Position numbers and translations under genes: made by a program. A stretch of 64,000 bases of DNA from Candidatus Poribacteria bacterium (GTDB taxonomy: Bacteria; Poribacteria; WGA-4E; WGA-3G): the NCBI GenBank assembly GCA_963665235.2, contig CAXXLX010000001.1:3552001-3616000 (forward strand), read 5' to 3'. The notes under the pieces were generated by a model that was not told the DNA's origin, did not search any database, and worked only from the letters and a program-made list of their open reading frames with translations. Of this stretch, positions 21,151 to 30,204 are shown one piece after another. Within the stretch, counting starts at the first letter, position 1, and each line of letters begins with the position of its first letter.

Positions 21151-21597
21151 TACCATTTTTATTAATTATTCTATCATTACCGGTTGTTAGAAATCAAACG
21201 GAGAACGGAAGACACAAACTAAAAGTTTATGCTACAATAAAGAGCACAAACTGGAAGTTTAGGCTACAATAAAGCACACAAACTGGAAGTTTATGCTACA
21301 ATAAAGCACACAAACTGGAAGTTTAGGCTACAATAAAGCACACAAACTGGAAGTTTAGGCTACAATAAAGCTACAATAAACACAAACTGGAAGTTTAGGC
21401 TACAATAAAGCACACAAACTGGAAGTTTATGCTACAATGGAGAACGGCACAAACTGGAAGTTTATGCTACAATAAAGCACACAAACTGGAAGTTTATGCT
21501 ACAATAAAGCACACAAACTGGAAGTTTAGGCTACAATAAAGCACACAAACTGGAAGTTTATGCTACGATAAAGAGACATTTTCAATTAAAAATGGTA
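21151..21597 (+). mobile_element. MITE family A with 11 REP-like units
   Basis: TACCATT..AATGGTA ends, TTA on both sides. Confidence 0.9.
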
Positions 21598-21654
21598 TTA
21601 GTAGGGACATGAGGGGAACAGCCGGTGAATGCGGGGCACCACGGGAGAATTTAA

Positions 21655-22416
21655 TTGCTTGATGTCCAAAATCTCTGTAAATCTTTTGACAAAAAATCGT
21701 TTCTGATGGAACTGACATTTCAGATGGCAGCCGGGGAGGTACTTTTTCTGGTCGGTGAAAACGGGGCTGGCAAAACGCTTCTGCTGAACATTTTGGCGAC
21801 CTTGGTTGAACCGACATCAGGCAGTGTCACTATTGATGGTATGGATGCCTTTTCAAACTTGAAACAGGTGCGGCCCTTGATAGGATATATTCCGAGTGGG
21901 TTTGATGGATACCCGGCTTTATCTGTCGTTGATTATCTCAATTTTTTCGCCGCTGCATACAAATTAGATAAGCAGGAACGTGCCGCTGCAATTGATGCTG
22001 TGCTGGAATTAATGGACATTGAGCAGCTCCGTGACATCAAAATCGGTATTTTGTCAACGGGAGAACGTCAAAGGCTCCTGTATGCGAAAACTTTTTTGCA
22101 CGAACCGATGTTATGGCTCATTGATGAACCGTTAGCAGCACTAGACCCGCGCGGGCAAATTGAGATGGTCGAGTTAATCGGTGAACTGAAGGCAATAGGA
22201 AAAACGATTGTAATTGCTACTAATCGTCTCGACGATGTACAAAAGTTGAATGCGGTTGCTTCTGAGGATAATCTTCTCGGTATTCTTCACGATGGACAGT
22301 TTGCGGTATTCAATACGTTTAGGCAGTTGGAACAGGAAATTAAAGATGCTAATCGTTCAGAAAGCCTTCCAGCGAATTGGTTGATTGAACGTTATTTGGA
22401 GGTTACAAATTTGTAA
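21655..22416 (+). CDS. ABC transporter ATP-binding protein
   Basis: GENGAGKT, LSTGERQR, IDEP. Confidence 0.9.
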   Translation: MLDVQNLCKSFDKKSFLMELTFQMAAGEVLFLVGENGAGKTLLLNILATLVEPTSGSVTIDGMDAFSNLKQVRPLIGYIPSGFDGYPALSVVDYLNFFAAAYKLDKQERAAAIDAVLELMDIEQLRDIKIGILSTGERQRLLYAKTFLHEPMLWLIDEPLAALDPRGQIEMVELIGELKAIGKTIVIATNRLDDVQKLNAVASEDNLLGILHDGQFAVFNTFRQLEQEIKDANRSESLPANWLIERYLEVTNL

Positions 22417-23189
22417 TGGCTGATATTGGAAAATTTTTTCAGGAGAATGGATACTATTTCGCAAAAGGGGTCTATTCCCCCGAAGAGCTCAAATTAATGG
22501 AGCACGACTTCGATCGGGTGGTGGACCAATTGTTGAAAAGTGATGAGAACGTCAATGCACGTTGGGGCGGCAGATTGATGGATGCCCTTGATGGCGGGCA
22601 GTCTGTTATTATTCATACGCATAATATACAGAACTATTCTGCTGTGTGGATGCAGGCGTTTCTGCAAGAGAAATTTCTTGACGCAACGGAAGCTATCCTC
22701 GGTCCGGATATCATGCTTCACCATTCCAAACTTTTCTGTAAACCGCCGGAGGAGGGCTCCCCTTTCCCGATGCATCAGGACTGGCAGTATTTTCCATCCG
22801 TTAAAGACACGATGATGGCTGCTATCATCTATGTGTCGGATGCGACCGATGAGATGGGGTGTGTCCGCGTGTACCCCGGCTCTCATAAGGAGCTCGGGCG
22901 GACCGGTGGCATGATGGGTCGTGGACAGAACGAGGAAATTACGGAGCGGTACCCGATTGAGAAGGCAACCGTTTTAGAGGCGGAAGCGGGGGATGTGCTT
23001 TTCTTTAGCTATTTCACATTGCACGGCTCCATGCCGAACCGTTCTAACCGGACGCGAAAAAGTGTGCTCGTCCAAATGCATGCAGGTGATGATCAGATTG
23101 AGGCTGAAAATAGACACACTAATGTTCAGTTAGTCCTTCGGGGTTGGAATCATTTCGCAACCCGCTCTTCTGTCGGAAGCATTCGTTAA
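22416..23189 (+). CDS. Phytanoyl-CoA dioxygenase (PhyH) family protein
   Basis: HQD...HGS..N.S...R 2OG-Fe(II) motif. Confidence 0.92.
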   Translation: MADIGKFFQENGYYFAKGVYSPEELKLMEHDFDRVVDQLLKSDENVNARWGGRLMDALDGGQSVIIHTHNIQNYSAVWMQAFLQEKFLDATEAILGPDIMLHHSKLFCKPPEEGSPFPMHQDWQYFPSVKDTMMAAIIYVSDATDEMGCVRVYPGSHKELGRTGGMMGRGQNEEITERYPIEKATVLEAEAGDVLFFSYFTLHGSMPNRSNRTRKSVLVQMHAGDDQIEAENRHTNVQLVLRGWNHFATRSSVGSIR

Positions 23190-23235
23190 GGATGCAATTG
23201 GGATATCACACTTGTAGGAACGAAGAAGCATGTTA

Positions 23236-23758
23236 TACCATTTTTATTAACAGGACTTACGCAAATTTAGCAGAAACCTCGTAGGGGCGGGGTCCCCCCG
23301 CCCGCTAGGTCTCGCTCTAGATCCCACTATCATTAGGGTTTATCAACGCGCTGCGTAAGTCCTGATTAATTATTCTATCATTACCGGTTGTTAGAAATGA
23401 AACGGAGAACGGAAGACACAAACTAAAAGTTTATGCTACAAGAAAGTGCACAAACTGGAAGTTTATGCTACAAGAAAGTGCACAAACTGGAAGTTTATGC
23501 TACAAGAAAGTGCACAAACTGGAAGTTTATGCTACAAGAAAGTGCACAAACTGGAAGTTTATGCTACAAGAAAGTGCACAAACTGGAAGTTTATGCTACA
23601 AGAAAGTGCACAAACTAAAAGTTTATGCTACAAGAAAGTGCACAAACTGGAAGTTTATGCTACAATAAAGAGCACAAACTAAAAGTTTATGCTACAATAA
23701 AGTGCACAAACTGGAAGTTTAGGCTACAATAAAGAGACATTTTCAATTAGAAATGGTA
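23236..23758 (+). mobile_element. MITE family A with 10 REP-like units and a nested MITE B
   Basis: TIRs; TTA TSD at 23233-23235 and 23759-23761. Confidence 0.9.
23251..23364 (+). mobile_element. MITE family B nested in MITE A (TSD ATTAA)
   Basis: CAGGACTTACGCA..TGCGTAAGTCCTG; ATTAA on both sides. Confidence 0.9.
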
Positions 23759-23791
23759 TTAGTAGGTATCTCTTAGTCAGAGGGATTTAAG

Positions 23792-24088
23792 ATGGAAGAT
23801 CAAACAATTCTCAGCAAGGAACTTATCAAACAGAGGCTGATAGACAATCGAGAAACCTTGCGAAAATACGGTGTTAAACGGATCGGTTTGTTCGGCTCTT
23901 ACGTGCGAGGGACAGCAACTGCCGGAAGCGACATTGATTTCATCGTTGAGCTCGAAAGATTGACCCTTCGTGACTACATGGGATTAGCTCTTTTTCTCGA
24001 AGAGCTGTTTAAGAAGGAGGTTGATCTGGTTACTGCTACCTCTGTCAAACCCCGTCTAAAACCCTATATCGAAAAAGAGATAGAATAA
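23792..24088 (+). CDS. Minimal nucleotidyltransferase (MNT) antitoxin-like protein; no HEPN partner seen
   Basis: GLFGSYVRG..SDIDFIVE..VDLVT. Confidence 0.9.
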   Translation: MEDQTILSKELIKQRLIDNRETLRKYGVKRIGLFGSYVRGTATAGSDIDFIVELERLTLRDYMGLALFLEELFKKEVDLVTATSVKPRLKPYIEKEIE

Positions 24089-24262
24089 CCTAAGTTGCCA
24101 CATAGTAGCATAATCTTCCAGATTGTGCATATTTGTGTCCAAATTGGAAGTGAACAAGACAAATATTAGCTAATTATCAGCATATTTTCATTAAAGACGG
24201 TGTTTCCAAGTCTAAAAACTTATAAGTAGCAACTTGGGTTAGAATATGTTAAGGAGTATTAA

Positions 24263-25258
24263 ATGATAAGAGTTGCAAAGATTAGTATGGCGCATGTCCA
24301 CGCAGGTGGGTATGCTCGACAGATTCACGAAAACCCCGAAACCGAATTGGTCGCCGTTTGGGACGAAGAGGAATATGGCGGTAGAAATGCCGCTGAACAG
24401 TATGATGTTCCGTTCTATACCGACCTCGATGAGATTCTCAGCCGTGACGATGTTGATGCGGTCGCTGTTGATGCGGTAACATCTGACCATCCGCGTGTGA
24501 TGATTGCTGCGGCAGAAGCAGGCAAACATATCTTCACGGAAAAAGCACTCGCTATTACGGTTGCAGAATGTGATCCAATTATTGAGGCGGTTGAAAAGGC
24601 AGGTGTCAAGTTCATGATTTCGCTGCCGTCACGAGCCAATTCTGAGATTCTGTTCGCGAAGAGGGCGATTGATGATGGTCTGCTCGGTGACATAACGTTC
24701 GGCAGGGGCAGAATCGCGCACTCCGCTGCACTAGATAGTTGGTTCAGTGGTACAAGCGCGTGGTTCGCAGACCCGGTCCGGGCTGGCGGCGGTGCCCTCT
24801 TCGACTTAGGGTGTCACCGTGTAGATGTGATTCGGTGGCTGATGGGTGAACCGAAGAGCGCGATTGCTAAGATTAACAACTTCACCGGCAACTTCCCAAT
24901 TGACGACAATAGCGTCTCCGTCGTGGAATTCGCGAACAAGGCACTCGGCGTAATTGATGTTGCATGGACACACCGCTCCGGTCCGAATATGCTTGAGATT
25001 TACGGTACGGAGGGCTCATTCGCTGCGGGGCACGGGGAGATGCATTTTCAAACCCGCAAACTCTCTGATGAAGAGAAGGCGAAATACGTTGCAGGCGCGC
25101 CTGCAGCACCACCGCCACCGATGCAGCAATGGATCAATGCCATCCTGCGTGATGAACCGACGACGATTACTATCCAGGATGGACGGAATCTCACAGAGTT
25201 GATGCAGGCATTCTATATGTCCTCCGAACAGGGGAAAGCGATAGAATTTCCGCTCTAA
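24263..25258 (+). CDS. Gfo/Idh/MocA family oxidoreductase
   Basis: AGKHIFTEK, GGGALFDLGCH. Confidence 0.93.
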   Translation: MIRVAKISMAHVHAGGYARQIHENPETELVAVWDEEEYGGRNAAEQYDVPFYTDLDEILSRDDVDAVAVDAVTSDHPRVMIAAAEAGKHIFTEKALAITVAECDPIIEAVEKAGVKFMISLPSRANSEILFAKRAIDDGLLGDITFGRGRIAHSAALDSWFSGTSAWFADPVRAGGGALFDLGCHRVDVIRWLMGEPKSAIAKINNFTGNFPIDDNSVSVVEFANKALGVIDVAWTHRSGPNMLEIYGTEGSFAAGHGEMHFQTRKLSDEEKAKYVAGAPAAPPPPMQQWINAILRDEPTTITIQDGRNLTELMQAFYMSSEQGKAIEFPL

Positions 25259-25342
25259 AATTTTTGTGTTGGTGCCGAATCATGCAGGACACCACACGCG
25301 TCCTTGGCATTGATTTGGCACTTTGTCCACAGGAAAGAAGGG

Positions 25343-25537
25343 ATGACAAAAAATAAAGACGAACACGTTACCAGTATATCTAAGGCACAAACTCTGGAGG
25401 AGATAGCCGACTACTGGGACACACATAGCTTGGCTGACCACTGGGATGAAACCCATGAAGTCAATTTTGAGGTTCGGATGCAGCGAAAGTGTCGTGTAAC
25501 GCTTACCCCAGAGATTTATGGGAAAATTGGCGAATAG
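25343..25537 (+). pseudogene. CopG/BrnA-like antitoxin, C-terminally truncated by repeat H
   Basis: EEIADYWDTHSLADHWD motif; ORF ends inside the heptamer repeat. Confidence 0.6.
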
Positions 25538-25652
25538 CGATTGGCGATTAGCAATTGGCAAGAGAAGAAAGAAAAGAGGGAGAGGTTTTGACGCGCGACA
25601 TAAACCTGCTTAGAATCTGAAACTCTTGCTATAGGTTTCCAACGGTTTCCAA
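25528..25652. repeat. Repeat family H, copy e (core inverted relative to flanks)
   Basis: Heptamers, GCAAGAG..CTCTTGC, GGTTTCCAACGGTTTCC tail. Confidence 0.75.
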
Positions 25653-25802
25653 TATTCTATAAACATACCGCCCATATTGGGCTAAGAGGGGGATGACACC
25701 TGGGTCTATAAACGTACCGTTCTTGAGGAGCGGGGAACCGTTTTCCCAAATACTAGAGGAAAACTTTTTCCAAACTCACGCTAAACCAAATTGAGGGATA
25801 TC

Positions 25803-28298
25803 ATGCAAGATTATCAACCTATTTCACTGTCTACTTTGTGCAACGTCGGCACAGAAATTATTGGGGAAAATGCTACACCGAGTGTAGGTGCGGTGACGTT
25901 TCACGGGCTTCCCTTCAACATTTCTGAAGGTGAGAAATGTTTCTTGGGTTTCGGCGAAGGGGTTCATACCGACCCTATCAAGGTTCAGGTAAACGGTACC
26001 CCAAAACGGGTTATCTTTGTGCATCGGCTGCTTGAATCGCGAATTCAGGAGGGTGAACCGATTGGGCACCTTATCGCCAACTATGTTTTTCATTACGCCG
26101 ATGGTGAAACGGTGAACGTGCCGATCCGTGAACGTTTTGAGATTGGCAGTGTGCCGCAAGGATGGGGACAGCAGACCTTCATCGCTATACCTGATACCAA
26201 AGAGGGTTTGCATGCACGGCATCAGGGCCCGTGGGGGTCCGCAGGCAATCGTCAAACGGAGGCGACGCAATGTGTGCCGCGAAACTATTACCTTTATATA
26301 TGGAAAAATCCCAATCCTGATAAACAAATTGCTTATATCGACATTCAACCACAGGAACGGCGGTTTATTGTCGCTGCGATTACGCTCGGACACCTTGACG
26401 AAGACCCGGTCCCGCGCCGCCCGAACCGCGAAGTCAAAATCACGTTACCGCAGGCGGAGGATGCCGATAAACCGTTTGATATGGAGGTTAACGTCGACCG
26501 TGGTACCGCGACCTATCCGTATCCGTTGCCGGAAAATGCCCCCGATGCATTTATCGATGACGATTTCAAAGGGTGGGGAGAATTTCAGAACAACAAAAGC
26601 AGTCCTGCATACACTGAAATATCTGCCACGCCCTCCGCTACGGTTGCGATCAAAAACCAGGGCGAAACGCTCGGCACTGTCAATTGGGGAGATGTCCAAG
26701 AGAAAGGAAGTGCACAACCGAATGAGCGGGTCAAGGTGGAGGTGATTGACACCGGCAGAAATTGGGTGCATACCACGGTAATTGATGAGGATACGAATAA
26801 ACCTGTGCCGTGTCGTATCCACTTCCGCTCACCGCACGGTGTGCCATACGCACCGCACGGACATCACGCCCATGTCAATTCTAATATGGGCACGTGGCAT
26901 GTGGATGTTGGGGGAGATGTACGGTTAGGTCAGATTAGCTATGCGTATATTGATGGCACCTGTCAAGGCTGGTTGCCGCGTGGTGAGGTCATCGTCGATG
27001 TCGCGCGGGGTTTTGAGTACACGCCGTTGCGAACCACTGTTAACATAGAACCGGGGCAACGCAAGTTGACGTTACGGATAAAACGTTGGTGTAATATGAA
27101 CGCTGAACGTTATTTCAGTGGCGACACACATGTTCATTTCCTTTCCACACAGGGCGCGCATACAGAGGCACAGGGAGAAGACCTCGGTGTGGTTAACCTG
27201 CTCCTCTCACAGTGGGGCCATCTCTTCACGAATACAGAGGAGTTTATTGGGCGACCTACAACTTCTGCCGACGGTCGGAGTATCGTCTATGCGACGCAGG
27301 AAAACCGACAGCATGTGCTTGGTCATCTCACACTGCTCGGTTTAAAGGAGCAGGTGTCACCGTGGTGTTCCGATGGGCCTGGCGAGGCTGAATTGGGCGG
27401 TAATATGGAGGTGACGCTCTCACATTGGGCGGATGCATGTCATGCCCAAGGCGGCACTGTTGTCCTGCCGCACATTCCGAATCCGAACTGTGAGCCCGCT
27501 ACACTTATCGCAACCGGACGGGTTGACGCTGTGGAATACCTCACGAACGCGATGTATGGGCACATTGAATACTACCGTTATCTCAATTGTGGATATAAAT
27601 TGCCGCTTGTGGGGGGGACAGATAAGATGACGAGCGATGTGCCAGTAGGCGTTTATCGTACATACACCCATATCCCCGAAGATGAGGAATTCAACTACGA
27701 GAACTGGTGCAAATACATGAGTGCGGGCAACACCTTCCTCAGCGGCGGCCCGATGATTCGGCTCACAGTTAATGGACAGCCGATAGGCAGCACTATTAAC
27801 TTACCGGGGAACGGTGGTACCGTTTCGGTTGAAGCCTCCGCCGATTCCATCTTTCCGATTCATTCGTTGCAGATTGTTCAGTGCGGAGAAGTTGTTGCGG
27901 ACACAGCGGAAAACAGCGGGACGCACCAGCTACGTCTTAAAGCGAATCTGAAAGTGGATAAGCATTCGTGGATAGCTGCACGATGTGGTGGACCTAACTA
28001 TGTGCAAGCTGTTCCACACCACGATGGGTGGAGACGTGGTATCATAGCGCACACCTCCCCCATCTACATAGCGGTCGGGGGTGAGTGGTGGATGTTCGAT
28101 CCGGAAACGGCAAACTACATGTTAACGCTGATTGAGGGCGGGTTGTCCTATATCAAACAGTCGGCGCGGCATCATGAACCCGGCACCGTGACACATCACC
28201 ACGGTGAACCTGATCATTTGGAATTTCTCTCTCGGCCATTTATGGAGGCGCGGGAGGCGATTCACCAGCGGATGCATCAATTGGGCATTCCGCATTAA
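25803..28298 (+). CDS. CehA/McbA family metallohydrolase (PHP-like)
   Basis: SGDTHVH, LNCGYKLPLVGGTD, AHTSP motifs. Confidence 0.85.
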   Translation: MQDYQPISLSTLCNVGTEIIGENATPSVGAVTFHGLPFNISEGEKCFLGFGEGVHTDPIKVQVNGTPKRVIFVHRLLESRIQEGEPIGHLIANYVFHYADGETVNVPIRERFEIGSVPQGWGQQTFIAIPDTKEGLHARHQGPWGSAGNRQTEATQCVPRNYYLYIWKNPNPDKQIAYIDIQPQERRFIVAAITLGHLDEDPVPRRPNREVKITLPQAEDADKPFDMEVNVDRGTATYPYPLPENAPDAFIDDDFKGWGEFQNNKSSPAYTEISATPSATVAIKNQGETLGTVNWGDVQEKGSAQPNERVKVEVIDTGRNWVHTTVIDEDTNKPVPCRIHFRSPHGVPYAPHGHHAHVNSNMGTWHVDVGGDVRLGQISYAYIDGTCQGWLPRGEVIVDVARGFEYTPLRTTVNIEPGQRKLTLRIKRWCNMNAERYFSGDTHVHFLSTQGAHTEAQGEDLGVVNLLLSQWGHLFTNTEEFIGRPTTSADGRSIVYATQENRQHVLGHLTLLGLKEQVSPWCSDGPGEAELGGNMEVTLSHWADACHAQGGTVVLPHIPNPNCEPATLIATGRVDAVEYLTNAMYGHIEYYRYLNCGYKLPLVGGTDKMTSDVPVGVYRTYTHIPEDEEFNYENWCKYMSAGNTFLSGGPMIRLTVNGQPIGSTINLPGNGGTVSVEASADSIFPIHSLQIVQCGEVVADTAENSGTHQLRLKANLKVDKHSWIAARCGGPNYVQAVPHHDGWRRGIIAHTSPIYIAVGGEWWMFDPETANYMLTLIEGGLSYIKQSARHHEPGTVTHHHGEPDHLEFLSRPFMEAREAIHQRMHQLGIPH

Positions 28299-28312
28299 AT
28301 GTAGGAGGAAAA

Positions 28313-29284
28313 ATGCCAAAGGAATTAGTAGCGGTTGCCCCCCGGCAGCCTATTTTAAGAGAATACGAAGACGGGCCTGTCCCGACAGGCAGTGTCCGTG
28401 TGTTAGTTGAATTCGGCGCGCCGAAACGGGGTACCGAGATGACAATGTATTATGGTCTCCGAGGGGCAGGATTTCCACACGGGCTTGGAAATATGTGTGT
28501 TGGGAAAATCATAGAAATCGGGGAAGGTGTCGAAAATTGTGAAATCGGTGACCGTGTCGCTGGACACGGTCATCTGAAGGAGACGCATACCTGGGGTGCC
28601 GGCGGTGTCCTGAAGATGCCAGAACGGATGACGTGGAAAGAGGCGGTCTGTTACGATCCGGCACACTTTGCATTATCTGCTATCCGGGACGGCCAGGTAC
28701 GCGCTGGTGACCGTGTTGCTGTCTTCGGGCTTGGCGCAATTGGGCTGGTGACACAACAGTTCGCAAAGGAGGCAGGTGCTGATTTTATCGCTTGTATTGA
28801 CCCAATAGAGGGACGGCGTGCAGTTGCCGAAAAGACAGGCGCGGAGCTCGTTTTGGATCCGAGTGCCTGCAATGTCGGTGAAGTCCTTAAGGAAGCTACA
28901 GGCGGACTTGGGGTTGATGTTGCAATTGAGACGAGCGCAAATTACAGTGCGCTTGACGATGCAATTCGAGGTGTCGCTTTTGAAGGCACAGTTGCTGTTG
29001 CAGGATGGGCGAAGGAGTGCAAGGGTGGGTTGGACCTAGGCGCAGTCGCACATTTTAACATTCCGAACCTGATTTTTGCCCGTGCAAACAGCGACCCGAA
29101 CCGGGACCATCCGCGCTGGAATTTCGGACGTATCCGAAATACATGCTGGAAATGGCTCGCGGAGGGTAGGTTTGATTGTGAAGACATCGTTGACCCAGTT
29201 GTACCTTTTGAGGATTCAGTCGAGGCGTATATAGAGATGGACAACCACCCGGAACGGAGTGTGAAATTGGGGGTCTCTTTTTGA
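28313..29284 (+). CDS. Zinc-binding alcohol dehydrogenase (MDR) family
   Basis: VAVFGLGAIG Rossmann motif, GroES-like N-terminus. Confidence 0.9.
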   Translation: MPKELVAVAPRQPILREYEDGPVPTGSVRVLVEFGAPKRGTEMTMYYGLRGAGFPHGLGNMCVGKIIEIGEGVENCEIGDRVAGHGHLKETHTWGAGGVLKMPERMTWKEAVCYDPAHFALSAIRDGQVRAGDRVAVFGLGAIGLVTQQFAKEAGADFIACIDPIEGRRAVAEKTGAELVLDPSACNVGEVLKEATGGLGVDVAIETSANYSALDDAIRGVAFEGTVAVAGWAKECKGGLDLGAVAHFNIPNLIFARANSDPNRDHPRWNFGRIRNTCWKWLAEGRFDCEDIVDPVVPFEDSVEAYIEMDNHPERSVKLGVSF

Positions 29285-29285
29285 T

Positions 29286-29397
29286 GGCAATTGGCAATTA
29301 GCGATTGGCAATTAGCAAGAGGTTTGTGATTCTAATAACATATCTGAAGCGCGTCAGAACCCTCTTCCTCTTGCTATAGGTCTCCAACGGTTTCTAC
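29286..29397. repeat. Repeat family H, copy f
   Basis: Same heptamer and core hairpin. Confidence 0.85.
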
Positions 29398-30204
29398 AGG
29401 CTAGCCCCATCGGGGCGGAATGTTTATAGCATGTGATCTATCTACACATTGATAGATGCATCACAGAGTTCGTCCGAGTTTGGTTGACTTATGAAGAACC
29501 GGCCATTTTTGGCGAGGGTATTGATAATAAACTTTATGAAGATTAATTTTGGAACGGTTGATAAATCACCACTACAAACCTAAGCGTTCAGTATTCGGTG
29601 TGAACTCCCGTTCCTTTGGGCAATTCATTGCTTGTTGCTTCCCGAGCTATTTTTTGAACTTCATTCAGTTTGTGCGTTTTTTGTAGCAAAAACTTTCATT
29701 TTGTGTTATCCTTATATAATAGACATTATGCCGGTTTAATTGTAGCATTTCTAGTTCGTTAGCAGTGGCAGTGCGTAGGGGCGGGGTCCCCCCGCCCGAT
29801 TTGAATCCATGGTCATAGGGCGAGGGGACCTCGCCCCGCTAATTTTTGGTCTGAATAACCGTTAGCAGTACAACTTGCCGGAGTACTGAAAGGTAGGTGA
29901 TGAATCACCCTACTACGCGCGGACAGCTTGCTAGAATACTGAATTGGTGTACCAAAACTTTACACATTTGCTTTTGAAAAAATTTGACTTTTGGCAAAAA
30001 ATGTCGTATACTATTTTAATAAACTGCATGTGTTTTTAGATGTGAATTTGTGAGCAGGTGTTAAAATAGTGCAGCCTTCCCATGTTCTTTAGAGCGGTGA
30101 GTCTGTCAATACCGGAGCTGTGGTCTATTCCATTCACCCCATCCCTCCGGAAATCAGGTATATCTGGGCACCTCACAGCAAAATAGGATGTCTAGGAGGT
30201 TAAT

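Noticed and set aside
21210-21570. Tandem ~32-bp arrays as CRISPR (also 5530-5710 and 23415-23730)
   Set aside because: Linkers are mostly 7-12 bp and largely identical, no cas genes, and arrays are enclosed by TIRs and TSDs
23433-23682. Repetitive ORFs (MLQESAQTGS...)
   Set aside because: Translation artefacts of the MITE array
29400-30200. ncRNA gene in the long intergenic region
   Set aside because: Only REP fragments and a promoter are recognisable; no tRNA, tmRNA, SRP or RNase P signature seen
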